From Mycobacteriaceae bacterium (GTDB lineage Bacteria > Actinomycetota > Actinomycetes > Mycobacteriales > Mycobacteriaceae), in NCBI GenBank assembly GCA_019749805.1, contig JAIEPH010000021.1, positions 41,779-105,778 on the forward strand: a stretch of DNA of 64,000 bases, in the 5' to 3' direction. This document shows, piece after piece, positions 50,315 through 61,601 of this stretch. The notes under the pieces were generated by a model, which ran no database searches, was not told the DNA's origin, and was given only the letters and a program-made list of their open reading frames with translations. Position 1 is the first letter of the stretch. Each line of letters opens with the position of its first letter. The translations under genes were made by a program, and so were the position numbers.

Positions 50315-52309
50315 CTACCCGAGCGTCTCGGGCAGCTCGACGTCCTCACCGAGCACGTGACGGCTGAGGAAAGCCGTTACCACCTGATACCAGATCTTGG
50401 CGTGCGCGGGGGTGAGCACCCAGTGGTTCTCGGACGGGAAGTACAGGAATTGGTGCGGGCTGGTGCCGTCGTCGGCGGCGGGCAGCCGCGATTCGGTGAG
50501 CAGTTGATACCAGAGACGCAGCGCTTCGCCGATGGGTACGCGATAGTCCTTGTCGCCGTGGATGACCAGCATCGGAGTGGCGATCTGGCCGACATGGAGG
50601 TGTGGCGAGTTCGCCGCCGCCATCTCCGGGGTCATCTCCCGCACCCAGTAATACGACGCGTCAGTGGTGGTGCCGAACTGGTCGAGCGCCCACAGGCTCG
50701 CGTGCGTGACGATTGCATCAAACCGATTGGTATGTCCGGCAACCCAATTGGCCATATAGCCACCGAAAGATCCGCCCATCGCCGCGGTCCGATCGGCATC
50801 GACACGCGCATGCTCACACGCCGCGTCCGTGGCCGCCATCAGATCCTCGTACGGCGCGCCTCCCCACGCGCCCCACCCACGCTGGATGAAATCCTGTCCG
50901 TATCCCGTCGACAACCCAGGATCAGGGAGCAACACGGCATAGCCCCGCGCGGCCAACAACCAGGGATTCCATCGCCACGACCAGCCATTCCAGCTGCCGA
51001 GCGGGCCGCCATGAATCCACAACAGCAGCGGCGCGGGCCTGTCGCCCTCTGGCAGCGCGAGCCATGAACGCACCCGGGTGCCGTCGGTCGCTGTCGCCTC
51101 GACCTCAGTCAGCGTCCCGGGAAGCGGCGGCAAGTCGACACAGGGCAACTCGGTGACCGATCCGTCGGGATCGACGCGCACCGGATGAGGCGGCGCCGTA
51201 TAGGAGCTGCGCAGCGCGTAGATCACCCCGCCGGGCGCGGTATTGACGTCGCTGTACGTGTAGGCGTCGTGCGTCAGTTGCGTGACAGTGCCATCGGCCG
51301 GATCGATCGCAAAGACCGGACCTCGGCCGTCCTGGTCAGCCGTGACGATCAGCGCTGAACCGTCGCGTGACCACTTCACCGACGTCGCCCAACGATCCCA
51401 GTCCGGTGCGATCTCGATCGGATCATCACCGAATCTCAAGTGATGCAGTGTGATCCGGGGTGCTATCTCGGGCGTCGAATACGATTCGCGGACGTATACG
51501 ACCGACGATCCATCCGGTGCGATCACCGGGCTCCACAGGTCACCGTCGGGGTCGTCGGCGATCACGGTCCGATCGCCGGTGTCGGTATCGATACGCACCA
51601 GAACGGCATGTTTGGCAGCACCTGCGGCCGGCTGCTGCCAGCTGGTGACGACGAACCGGCCGTCGGGACTGACATCGAAGTCCGTGTCCCACAACGCGCT
51701 TCCCGGCGCTTCGGTCAGGTCCTTCGGGGTGTCGTCATCGAGAGCTGCGCCGAACAGGTGTGGCACGCCCGGTCCGAGGTCCTTGTCCCAGTGGCGAATC
51801 GGGTAACCGGTATGCAGGATTGCCGTGACCTTGGTGTCCTTGCGCAGTTCCCGAAGACGGCGATCGTCGTCGACACCGCGGGCCGAGGGCATCGCCGGCG
51901 CCCGCACCACGGCGAGCTCCGCCTCGGCGGCGGTGCGCACGGCCTCGATCCCGCCGGGCAATGCGAGCGCCTCGAAAGCCTCACCGCCCGCCGCGGGCAG
52001 GCGCCACAGCGCCGCGGGCGGCTTGTCGTCGCCCTCGGTCGGCCGGGAAGCCACGAACAGCACGTCGCCGTCGGCGGTGAACACCGGCGACGACTCACCC
52101 TTGGCCCCGCGGGTCAGCCGTCGCGCCGGCTGCCCGCCGGCGGGGTCGAGCTCCCATATGGCGCTGACGTACTCGGTGCGCTTCTCGTTGAGCTCGGCGA
52201 CGGTGGTCACGACGCGGGTGCCGTCCGCCGACACCGCCAGCCCCGAGACACGGGGCAATGCGACGTAGGCATCGAGGTCGTCGAATGGCGTCGGCTGCGT
52301 CATGCCCAT
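50315..52309 (-). CDS. S9 family (prolyl oligopeptidase/acylaminoacyl) peptidase
   Basis: IHGGP, GGSFGG nucleophile, DYRVP and ENHW, with an N-terminal propeller. Confidence 0.93.
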   Translation of the reverse strand: MGMTQPTPFDDLDAYVALPRVSGLAVSADGTRVVTTVAELNEKRTEYVSAIWELDPAGGQPARRLTRGAKGESSPVFTADGDVLFVASRPTEGDDKPPAALWRLPAAGGEAFEALALPGGIEAVRTAAEAELAVVRAPAMPSARGVDDDRRLRELRKDTKVTAILHTGYPIRHWDKDLGPGVPHLFGAALDDDTPKDLTEAPGSALWDTDFDVSPDGRFVVTSWQQPAAGAAKHAVLVRIDTDTGDRTVIADDPDGDLWSPVIAPDGSSVVYVRESYSTPEIAPRITLHHLRFGDDPIEIAPDWDRWATSVKWSRDGSALIVTADQDGRGPVFAIDPADGTVTQLTHDAYTYSDVNTAPGGVIYALRSSYTAPPHPVRVDPDGSVTELPCVDLPPLPGTLTEVEATATDGTRVRSWLALPEGDRPAPLLLWIHGGPLGSWNGWSWRWNPWLLAARGYAVLLPDPGLSTGYGQDFIQRGWGAWGGAPYEDLMAATDAACEHARVDADRTAAMGGSFGGYMANWVAGHTNRFDAIVTHASLWALDQFGTTTDASYYWVREMTPEMAAANSPHLHVGQIATPMLVIHGDKDYRVPIGEALRLWYQLLTESRLPAADDGTSPHQFLYFPSENHWVLTPAHAKIWYQVVTAFLSRHVLGEDVELPETLG

Positions 52310-52401
52310 GTTGGTAGCACACGCCGTCGCGTCCCGACCTGCGCCGAGTCCGCTGCGCCCGTAGGTTTGATTTTCAAACTAACTCGTGGCACGCTGGCGA
52401 C

Positions 52402-52800
52402 ATGACCTCGCCGCAGGCACTTCCGTTGGCTGAACTCCCCGGTCGGCCATGCCCGATCGCGGCGGCGCTGGAAGTCGTCGGAGAACGCTGGGCGCTGCTC
52501 GTCATCCGGGAGATCGCGCTGGGTGCCACCCACTTCACCGACATCGTGCGTGGCACCGGCGCACCGCGCGACCGCATCGCGGCCCGACTGAAGGCGCTGG
52601 AGAACGCGGATGTCGTCACCCGCTCGCAGTACCAAAGCGCGCCCCCGCGCTACGAGTACCGTCTCACCGCGTCCGGCGAGGCGCTGATTCCCGTCCTCGA
52701 CGCTCTCCTTCAGTGGGGCAAGGCGCACGCCGTCGCCCTCGATGACCCCGACCGCCAACGCCACTACCCGTCTATGACCAAATCGAAGGACAATCGATGA
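52402..52800 (+). CDS. HxlR family winged-helix regulator
   Basis: CPIAAALEVVGERWALLVIRE and RYEYRLT. Confidence 0.92.
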   Translation: MTSPQALPLAELPGRPCPIAAALEVVGERWALLVIREIALGATHFTDIVRGTGAPRDRIAARLKALENADVVTRSQYQSAPPRYEYRLTASGEALIPVLDALLQWGKAHAVALDDPDRQRHYPSMTKSKDNR

Positions 52801-53327
52801 CCGCGGACCTGACCGATACCGACGCCCGCACAGACTGGGGCCCGCAACGCTCGAAGACCATCACATGGCACGAACCGGGCCCGAGCACCGCCAAGGGACT
52901 GACGATGGCGGGCCTGGACTACCTGCAGGCGATGGCCGAGGGCCGTCTACCGCAGCCGCCGATCAGCGGTCTGATGGAGTTCGCCATCGCCGAAGCCGAA
53001 GAAGGTCGAGTCGTATTCACTTGCCAGCCAGACGAATCCGCATACAACCCGATCGGCGCGATTCACGGCGGGCTGATCTGCACGCTGCTGGACTCGGTGA
53101 CAGGCTGCGCCGTCCACAGCACCCTTCCCGCGGGCAAGGGCTACACCTCGATCGAGATCAAGGTGAACTACCTCAAGGCGGTACGCCTGAGCAGCGGCGT
53201 CCTCACCGCCGTGGGCACAGTGGTGAAGACCGGATCGCGCGTCGGCTTCTCCGACGGTGTTGTGACGGACGAATCCGGAGCGATTGTCGCCACCGCGACC
53301 AGCACGCTCCTCATCTTCGATCTCTAG
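52797..53327 (+). CDS. PaaI family thioesterase
   Basis: NPIGAIHGG, LLDS and SIEIKVNYL; overlaps the HxlR stop. Confidence 0.92.
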   Translation: MTADLTDTDARTDWGPQRSKTITWHEPGPSTAKGLTMAGLDYLQAMAEGRLPQPPISGLMEFAIAEAEEGRVVFTCQPDESAYNPIGAIHGGLICTLLDSVTGCAVHSTLPAGKGYTSIEIKVNYLKAVRLSSGVLTAVGTVVKTGSRVGFSDGVVTDESGAIVATATSTLLIFDL

Positions 53328-53349
53328 GCGCACGCGATACGTTCGACGG

Positions 53350-54516
53350 ATGCCGAAGCGGATCCTGGTGATCGGCGCGGGTATCGCCGGACTGGCGACC
53401 GCCAACGCGCTCCAACAGCACGGCCACGACGTCTCGGTCATCGAGGAGCGCATCGACACCTCATCCGGTGCGGGCATCAGCATCTGGCCCAACGCACTGG
53501 CGGCCCTCGACGAAATCGGCCTAGGCGACACGGTCCGCGGCGCGGGCGGCCGAATCACCGGTGGGGCGATGCGCTGGCGTGACGGGACCTGGCTGCGCCA
53601 CCCGTCGCCGCAGCGACTGGTCGAGGCGCTCGGCGAACCGCTGGTGGTGATCCACCGAAATGTCCTGACATCGGTGCTGGCCGGCCGGCTTGCCGAGGGC
53701 ACCCTGCGATACGGGCTCGCGGCCCGCTCCCTGGTGGCCACCGCCGACGGTGTACAGGTGAGTCTGTCGGACTCGACGACGATTCAGGTCGATGCGGTCG
53801 TCGGCGCGGACGGCACGCACTCGATGGTTGCGCGCCATCTGAACGGCCCACTGGGTAATCGCTATGTCGGCTACACGGCGTGGCGTGGGGTGGCCGAGTG
53901 CACAATCGACCCCGCCTTCGCAGGCGAGGTCCTCGGCCCCGCGGTCGAGTTCGGCCACGTGCCCCTCGGCGGCGACAGCACCTATTGGTTCGCCACCGAA
54001 CGCACGTCGCAGGGGCGCAGCGCGCCGCAGGGCGAGCTCAACTACCTCAAGGACAAATTCGGTGCATGGGCGGAACCCATTCCCGCAGTGCTGGCCGCCA
54101 CGGATCCGGCCCGTGTGTTGCGCACCGACCTATACGACCGCGACCCGGCGCGGCAGTGGGCCCGGGGAACCGTCGTGGCGGTGGGTGACGCGGCTCATCC
54201 GATGCGGCCTCATCTGGGTCAGGGCGGCTGCCAGGGGCTCGAGGACGCGGCAATCCTGGCTTTCTTCGTCGACAGGAGCGCCGATCTGAGCACCGCGTTC
54301 AGCCGCTTCGCGGCGTTCCGCCGCCCTCGGGTGCGCTCGCTGGTGCGGGAGTCCAAGACTATCGGCCGGATTGTGAACCTGCCGCCGCTGCTCAGCGCTG
54401 CGATCACCCGGGCGAGCGTCCTGGGGCCCGAAGCGCTTCTCACGCGGCACTTGGCCACGGTCGCGGCCCGCTCGGCGTTCGCGCTCCCTACCGACCGCGA
54501 CGTCCAGCCGGCCTGA
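53350..54516 (+). CDS. FAD-dependent monooxygenase (class A, salicylate hydroxylase-like)
   Basis: [13 protein letters not shown] and GDAAHPMRPHLGQGGCQGLED. Confidence 0.92.
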   Translation: MPKRILVIGAGIAGLATANALQQHGHDVSVIEERIDTSSGAGISIWPNALAALDEIGLGDTVRGAGGRITGGAMRWRDGTWLRHPSPQRLVEALGEPLVVIHRNVLTSVLAGRLAEGTLRYGLAARSLVATADGVQVSLSDSTTIQVDAVVGADGTHSMVARHLNGPLGNRYVGYTAWRGVAECTIDPAFAGEVLGPAVEFGHVPLGGDSTYWFATERTSQGRSAPQGELNYLKDKFGAWAEPIPAVLAATDPARVLRTDLYDRDPARQWARGTVVAVGDAAHPMRPHLGQGGCQGLEDAAILAFFVDRSADLSTAFSRFAAFRRPRVRSLVRESKTIGRIVNLPPLLSAAITRASVLGPEALLTRHLATVAARSAFALPTDRDVQPA

Positions 54517-54530
54517 GGTCAGCCTCGAGT

Positions 54531-55040
<510 letters not shown>

Positions 55041-55166
55041 TCAAGGCCCGCGTGAAGCGCTGCGCTTGCTTCAATGCGGCTATCCGGTGTTTCGGGTGAG
55101 GAAGGTCACGTGTTACGTAAGCGTCAAGAGTTTTAATCGTTACTTAATTGGCGTAAGAGGCCTCTG

Positions 55167-55211
55167 AGAAAGAAGAGGCGGTGTCCAGGCATTTCGCCTG
55201 AACACCGCCTC
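55167..55211 (-). terminator. Intrinsic terminator after the rpf gene at 55232
   Basis: The minus strand reads gaggcggtgttcaggc-gaaat-gcctggacaccgcctc followed by ttctttct. Confidence 0.8.
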
Positions 55212-55231
55212 AGCAAGGGTCCTACTGTTTA

Positions 55232-55618
<387 letters not shown>

Positions 55619-55944
55619 TCACAGGCCGGGGTTTTGGGCCGCACCGTCTCGGGTAGGTGCAGCAGTGGGAAGCGAAAAGCGCCACACCGGACGATCATGT
55701 CCAGTGGCCGACGGTTGCGTAGTGACCGCTCGGCCCCACTCACACGCAGGTTCGTGGTTTTTGAAATTATTTGCTTCCTGAGAAGCCGTTTAGGACCGTA
55801 CAAACCGATTCGGCGAAAGTCATTTCGGCCAAGATCGTGTCCCGGGTCAGATCACGAACTGATCACGCCGGGCAAAGTCGAACGTCTGCGCAGGTCATCC
55901 GCAAGTTCCCCGAAGCTGAGGTTTTCACAGCTTCGGCGTATCAC

Positions 55945-55960
55945 CGTGAGCCATTTCACT
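55945..55960. promoter_or_regulatory. CRP/GlxR-like site upstream of rpf
   Basis: CGTGA-gccatt-TCACT versus the consensus TGTGA-N6-TCACA. Confidence 0.45.
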
Positions 55961-56602
55961 AGGATTTTGTGACCCAGCCCACCATTTCAGCCGCTTGGAA
56001 GCCCCACGTTTTGTGGCGAAACATCCAGCATGAGTGGAGAAGTCGCTGATGCACGCCAGTATCGGTCGATCGATTCGCTGGTATCACCGATGACGCCAGA
56101 GCGCAGCAGATTAACGCCAATGCCCAGTACCCCTTGATGTTTGATGCACAGCATCGTCCCCCGGCTCCATGCATCAATCGATGGGCAATCCGCATTCTTA
56201 ATGCGCTGGATGGCTTGAAAGTGCTGTGCTACAGCGTATTACGTATGCTTCGGATGCCAGCTGGCCTACGATGCGCCGAGTACATGCTCATCTGAGCCCG
56301 CCCGCAGTCGGGACGAGCGAGGATGTGACCGGTAACCCGGCGTCCCATTTCACCCTCGGCGCTGTCCGAGAACGAAATTCGACCCGCTCCGCGATCGAAT
56401 TGGCGCGCACCGCCGGTCGATGAATTCGAGAGTTTCTGTCGGACAAGATATCTGAGGTCCCTCCGAGCGATACTCGGCAGCCCTCCGCGACCAGAACTCG
56501 CCGTCGACGCGGTCCATATCACGGAGAAATATCGACGCAATTCGGTGCACAGAATTGAGATCGATAAGAGGCGAATTAAATGGGCTTGAATTTGCGAATT
56601 TG

Positions 56603-57193
56603 CTAGGCGATTCGAGAGGACGCCGTGGCCCGCAGCTCGGCGGCCGTGTTGACGTTGGTCAGGGACGCCTGCTCGGGCATGACCACCCGCTGCGTGTCGA
56701 CCCTCTCGGTCAGGGCGCGCATGCTGCGCTCCCCCGCGTCGACGAGCTCGGACACCCGCTCATGCAGGCTGGTGCGGTAGATCCCGGCGAGATAGTGGGT
56801 GCGACCGTCCCACGGCAGCACCACGTCGGCCCCGAGTCGGACAGCGGGACCTTCGAGTTCGTCGATCAGGTCGGCCGACAGCAGGGGCATGTCGACAGCG
56901 CAGACGAAGGCGAACTCGAGTCCGGCTTCCGCGGCCGCACGCAACCCGCGGCCTGTCGCCAGCAGTGGCCCGACCCCCCGGATATCGTCCCGCAGAATCT
57001 GCGCGTCCAGGGTCGGCAACGCCTGACCCGGGGCGGCGACGACGAACACGGGTGCACATCTCGGGCTGACGGCTGACACCATCCGCTCGACAAGCGTTTG
57101 GCCGTCGAACATGACGGTGGCCTTGTCGCGGCCCATTCGACGGGAAGCCCCGCCGGCCAGAATGACCGCTGCAAGCGGTACGGGGGACGTCAC
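56603..57193 (-). CDS. mobA: Molybdenum cofactor guanylyltransferase
   Basis: [23 protein letters not shown] and NVNT; GTG start at 57193. Confidence 0.93.
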   Translation of the reverse strand: MTSPVPLAAVILAGGASRRMGRDKATVMFDGQTLVERMVSAVSPRCAPVFVVAAPGQALPTLDAQILRDDIRGVGPLLATGRGLRAAAEAGLEFAFVCAVDMPLLSADLIDELEGPAVRLGADVVLPWDGRTHYLAGIYRTSLHERVSELVDAGERSMRALTERVDTQRVVMPEQASLTNVNTAAELRATASSRIA

Positions 57194-57203
57194 GTCAGTG
57201 AGA

Positions 57204-58274
57204 TTAGTCGACGGTCCAGGTGTCTTTGCCGCGGAGCAGCGACTGCAACGCGGCCGTGTCGTGCGGCTTGGCATCGCGCGCCGCGGCGACCTGCTGGCGG
57301 GCGGCGTCGTCGTAGGTCGGCTTGCTGACCTTCCGGAAGATCCCCATCACCATGTGGTCGAGGTTCTGCTCGGAGAGCCGCGACAGCGCGAACGCGTACG
57401 CCGGATCCTCCAGCTGCGCGTCGTGGACGACGATCTCGTCGGCCGACACATCGGCGGTCTTGGCGACCTCGAGCCCGTAGCCCGACTTGACGACGCAGTA
57501 TTCGCCATCGCCGCCGAAGGTGATCGGCTCGCCGTGGGTCAGGTTGATGAGTCGCTCCTCGGCGCCTTCCTTGCGTAGTGCGTCGAACGAGCCGTCGTTG
57601 AAGATCGGGCAGTCCTGCATGATCTCGACGAGCGCGGCGCCGCGGTGCTCGGCGGCGCCACGAAGCACCTCGGACAGGCCTTTGCGGTCGGAGTCCAGGG
57701 CGCGGCCAACGAATGTCGCCTCGGCACCGAGCGCCAACGACACCGGATTGAACGGGTAGTCCAGCGAACCCATCGGGGTCGACTTGGTGACCTTGCCCGT
57801 CTCTGACGTCGGCGAGTACTGCCCCTTGGTCAGACCGTAGATCCGGTTGTTGAACAGCAGGATCGTCAGATTCACGTTGCGACGTAGCGCATGGATCAGA
57901 TGGTTGCCGCCGATCGACAGCGCGTCGCCGTCACCGGTGACGACCCACACCGACAGGTCTTGGCGGGCCAGCGCCAGTCCCGTCGCGATCGTCGGCGCAC
58001 GGCCGTGAATCGAGTGGAATCCGTAGGTCTGCAGGTAGTACGGGAATCGGCTCGAGCAGCCGATACCGCTGACGAACGCAATGTTCTCGCGACGCAGCCC
58101 GAGCTCGGGTAGGAAGTTGCGGATGGTGTTGAGGATGACGTAGTCGCCGCAACCGGGGCACCAGCGGACCTCCTGGTCGCTGGTGAAATCCTTCGACTTC
58201 TGTGGCTCGTCTGTCGTTGGAACCAAGCTGGTTCCAGCCGTCAGCCCGAGGTCTGCACCAATCAGGTCAGTCAT
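57204..58274 (-). CDS. korB: 2-oxoglutarate:ferredoxin oxidoreductase beta subunit
   Basis: WCPGCGD, GIGCS and the TPP motif [12 protein letters not shown]...NN. Confidence 0.95.
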   Translation of the reverse strand: MTDLIGADLGLTAGTSLVPTTDEPQKSKDFTSDQEVRWCPGCGDYVILNTIRNFLPELGLRRENIAFVSGIGCSSRFPYYLQTYGFHSIHGRAPTIATGLALARQDLSVWVVTGDGDALSIGGNHLIHALRRNVNLTILLFNNRIYGLTKGQYSPTSETGKVTKSTPMGSLDYPFNPVSLALGAEATFVGRALDSDRKGLSEVLRGAAEHRGAALVEIMQDCPIFNDGSFDALRKEGAEERLINLTHGEPITFGGDGEYCVVKSGYGLEVAKTADVSADEIVVHDAQLEDPAYAFALSRLSEQNLDHMVMGIFRKVSKPTYDDAARQQVAAARDAKPHDTAALQSLLRGKDTWTVD

Positions 58275-60211
58275 GCGCTAGCTCCCACACCAGTTTCCAC
58301 GGTGGCCGCGGCCAGCCGTGCAAACTTGGCCTTGTCAATTTCCTTGTCGCCCAACGTTCCGTCGAGCGCAGCGTCGATGATCCCTTCGACCTCGTCGGCC
58401 AGGAATGCCATGCCCTCCACCTTGGTCACCGACTGAACGTCGACCAGGTACTTGCCGCGCAGCAGCAGCGCCAGCTGGCCGAGGTTCATCTCCGGCAACA
58501 CCACGTTGGGGTAGCGCCGCAGCACCTCGCCCAGGTTGGCGGGGAAGGGGCTGAGATTGCGCAGGTGCGCCTGGGCCACCTTGATGCCCTTACGCCGCGC
58601 GCGACGGCATGCTTCGCCGATGGGGCCGTAGCTGCTCCCCCAGCCGAGCATCAACAGCTCCGCGTCGCCGGTGGGGTCGTCGACCTCGAGGTCCGGCACG
58701 GTGATGCCGTCGACTTTGGCTTGGCGCAGCCGCACCATCAGGTCGTGGTTCTTCGGCTCGTAGGAGATGTTGCCCGAGCCGTTGGCCGCCTCCAGCCCGC
58801 CGATGCGGTGCTCGAGACCTGGAGTGCCCGGGACCGCGAACTGGCGGGCCAGCGTCTCGGGGTCACGCGCATACGGCTGGAAGGGCTCACCCGTCTTAAC
58901 GAAGGTGTGCTCGATCTTCTCGTAGGTGCTGACGTCCGGGATCTGCCACGGCTCAGAGCCGTTCGCGATCGCGCCGTCGGACAGGATGATCACGGGAGTG
59001 TGGTAGTTGATGGCGATGCGGACGGCCTCGACGGCGACGTCGAAGCAGTCCGACGGGGACCTCGGCGCCACCACCGCGACCGGAGATTCGCCGTTGCGCC
59101 CGAAGAGCACCTGCAGCAGGTCGGCCTGTTCGGTCTTGGTCGGGAGACCCGTCGAGGGGCCGCCGCGTTGCACGTCGATGACGATCAGCGGCAGTTCGGT
59201 CATCACCGCGAGCCCCATGGCCTCCGACTTCAGCGAGATACCGGGTCCGGAGGTGCTGGTGACGCCCAGCGCACCGCCGTACGACGCGCCGATCGCCGCG
59301 CCGATGCCCGCGATCTCGTCCTCGGCCTGGAAGGTCAGCACGTTGAAGTTCTTGTGCTTGGACAGCTCGTGCAGGATGTCCGACGCCGGGGTGATCGGGT
59401 AAGTGCCCAGCACCACCTGCAGCTCACTCAGTTGCCCTGCCGTGACGATCCCGTACGCCAGCGCGGTGTTACCCGAGATCTGCCGGTACTCACCGCTCTT
59501 GAGCTTGGCGGGCGCGACCTCGTAGACGCTGCCCGCGAAGGCCTCGGTCGTCTCGCCGTAATTCCAGCCGGCCTTGAGCGCCAGCACGTTGGCCTCGGCG
59601 ATGTCGGGCTTGCGGGCGAACTTCTCGCGGATGAACGCCTCGCTGTGCTCGAGCTCGCGGCCGTACATCCACGACAGCAGACCGAGAGCGAACATGTTCT
59701 TGGCGCGCTGGCCGTCCTTCTTCGACGCGCCGATCTCCTCGACCGCACCCAGCGTCAGCGTGGTCATCGGCACGGCCTGCACCACATAGTCGGACAGGTC
59801 GTCGTTCTCCAGGGGGTTGCCCTCATAGCCGACTTTCGCCAGATTGCGCTTGGTGAATTCGTCCGAGTTGGCGATGATCAGCCCACCGCGCGGCAGGTCG
59901 GAAACGTTGGCCATCAGCGCGGCGGGGTTCATCGCGACGAGAACGTCGGGACGGTCGCCCGCGGTCAGGATGTCGTAGTCGGCAATCTGGATCTGGAAGG
60001 ACGACACCCCGGGCAGCGTGCCCTGTGGCGCGCGGATCTCCGCGGGGTAATTCGGTTGCGTCGCAAGGTCATTGCCGAAGAGCGCGGCCTCGGAGGTGAA
60101 GCGGTCACCCGTGAGCTGCATGCCGTCACCGGAGTCGCCCGCGAAACGAATGACCACCTTTTCGAGCTTCTGTCTGGTGCCCGGGTTGGCCCCGTTGCCG
60201 TTGGCCCCCAC
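58271..60211 (-). CDS. korA: 2-oxoglutarate:ferredoxin oxidoreductase alpha subunit
   Basis: AGDSGDGMQL, YPITPAS, QAEDE, TSGPG and QRGGPSTGLPT. Confidence 0.95.
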   Translation of the reverse strand: MGANGNGANPGTRQKLEKVVIRFAGDSGDGMQLTGDRFTSEAALFGNDLATQPNYPAEIRAPQGTLPGVSSFQIQIADYDILTAGDRPDVLVAMNPAALMANVSDLPRGGLIIANSDEFTKRNLAKVGYEGNPLENDDLSDYVVQAVPMTTLTLGAVEEIGASKKDGQRAKNMFALGLLSWMYGRELEHSEAFIREKFARKPDIAEANVLALKAGWNYGETTEAFAGSVYEVAPAKLKSGEYRQISGNTALAYGIVTAGQLSELQVVLGTYPITPASDILHELSKHKNFNVLTFQAEDEIAGIGAAIGASYGGALGVTSTSGPGISLKSEAMGLAVMTELPLIVIDVQRGGPSTGLPTKTEQADLLQVLFGRNGESPVAVVAPRSPSDCFDVAVEAVRIAINYHTPVIILSDGAIANGSEPWQIPDVSTYEKIEHTFVKTGEPFQPYARDPETLARQFAVPGTPGLEHRIGGLEAANGSGNISYEPKNHDLMVRLRQAKVDGITVPDLEVDDPTGDAELLMLGWGSSYGPIGEACRRARRKGIKVAQAHLRNLSPFPANLGEVLRRYPNVVLPEMNLGQLALLLRGKYLVDVQSVTKVEGMAFLADEVEGIIDAALDGTLGDKEIDKAKFARLAAATVETGVGASA

Positions 60212-60326
60212 TGCGACCGCCTTCCGTCCTGAGTCAAGCCGTTTCGGCGAACATCCTCGGAGTCGCGGTGCAAGCGTCGCGCCGTCGTTGGACGTCCACA
60301 GAAATTTGATGTCACTGGCAGTACCG

Positions 60327-60335
60327 ATTATGGCA
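60327..60335 (-). promoter_or_regulatory. Putative extended -10 promoter for korAB
   Basis: The minus strand reads TGC-CATAAT about 115 nt upstream of the korA GTG. Confidence 0.45.
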
Positions 60336-60439
60336 CTTCTCTTAGGCGGCCCTTCACCCGACTCGCGGGGTACGCACAGGTAACTACCAAACGAACGCCC
60401 TGATCAGCCCGTGTGCCAATGCCCGCGGCGAGACAAAAA

Positions 60440-60455
60440 TGTGTTTTGCGTCACG
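60440..60455. promoter_or_regulatory. CRP-like site upstream of korAB
   Basis: TGTGT-tttgcg-TCACG. Confidence 0.35.
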
Positions 60456-60524
60456 TGGCACTGAGTGTCATTAATAAGGAAATTGCTACCGATCAGTAGC
60501 CCGTTGCTAGCACTCGGGCGACGG

Positions 60525-61529
60525 CTACGGCGGCAAGTTGTAGGGCGTGATGATCTGGATGGGCACCGGCCGCGCCGACTCCACCGGCAACGCGCCCTGC
60601 TGTTGGAGTATCAGGCGCATCGCCAGGCGCGCGTCGGCGCGAAGATCGTTGCGCAGGACGACCGAGATGCGCCCGTCACGCAAAAGCTGTCTGTTGTCGA
60701 CGTCCAGATCATGGGCAACGAAAACCCTGCACAACCGCCCCAATCGTTCGAAGGCCGCGATCGTCGCGGTGTTGCCACCCCCGACCGAGTAGACGGCTGC
60801 GACCTCTGGATGGCGCTCGAGCGCCTGGAGAACCAACCGCTCGTTCGTCGAATCCAGCCCGTCGCTCTCGCTGACTTCCACGATTGTGCGGCCGGTGCCG
60901 CGCATCGCCGAGCGGAAGCCGACCTCGCGCTCACCCTCGCCGCGGAAAACCGCCCGGCTCAGCGTGATGAGGATGTCCGACGGCGCCGACCCCAGCCACT
61001 CCCGCATCAGATAGGCCGCCGTCACCCCGGCACCGTGGTTGTCGATGCCCACGTACGCGCAGCGCGCGCTCGCGGGAATGTCGGTCGTATACGTCACCAC
61101 CGGCACACCGCCTTCGACGAGGCGGTCGACGGCCTCGGCCACCGCCGGGTCGTCCTGGGCCTTGAGTACGACGCCGTGGCTGCCCTTGATGCGGCCGAGC
61201 GCCTCCACCATCTGTTCCGTTGATCCGGACTCCCACAGATGAAAGCGGGCGCGCAGCGCGGCGGGCGCGAAGGCGGGCAGCTCGGCCTCGATGGCGGCGC
61301 GAAACGCATCGGAGAACCGCTCCGGCGTCTGCATCACGATGTCGATGAGGTAGCGGCGGCCGTTCAGGCGCAGCTGAGCCCGCTGCTTGTCGAGATCCGC
61401 GATCGCCTGCTCGACTTCGGCCCTGGTGTTCGCGCGGACGCCGGGCCGTTGGTTGAGGACGCGATCGACAGTTGCCTCGCTCAGCCCGGACTGCTGGGCG
61501 ATCTCGCGAACTTTGTAGCGGTGCGGCAT
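60525..61529 (-). CDS. LacI family transcriptional regulator
   Basis: HTH 'VREIAQQSGLSEATVDRVLN' plus a periplasmic-binding-like domain (YVGIDN). Confidence 0.93.
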   Translation of the reverse strand: MPHRYKVREIAQQSGLSEATVDRVLNQRPGVRANTRAEVEQAIADLDKQRAQLRLNGRRYLIDIVMQTPERFSDAFRAAIEAELPAFAPAALRARFHLWESGSTEQMVEALGRIKGSHGVVLKAQDDPAVAEAVDRLVEGGVPVVTYTTDIPASARCAYVGIDNHGAGVTAAYLMREWLGSAPSDILITLSRAVFRGEGEREVGFRSAMRGTGRTIVEVSESDGLDSTNERLVLQALERHPEVAAVYSVGGGNTATIAAFERLGRLCRVFVAHDLDVDNRQLLRDGRISVVLRNDLRADARLAMRLILQQQGALPVESARPVPIQIITPYNLPP

Positions 61530-61601
61530 CGATCTTCCTAAGGTGTTTTTGATGGATTTCTGGCGTTGATTGCGGCGACTGTCACAGCAAGACTAACTGG
61601 C

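Noticed and set aside
56229-56540. 103-aa minus-strand ORF in the rpf-mobA gap
   Set aside because: It has no convincing RBS, lacks the host GC3 bias and resembles no known family. It cannot be excluded without Ribo-seq.
58202-60232. 676-aa plus-strand ORF
   Set aside because: It is antisense to korA and has no independent coding signal.
61530-61601. LacI operator between lacI and the dioxygenase
   Set aside because: I could not identify a convincing palindrome with a central CG.
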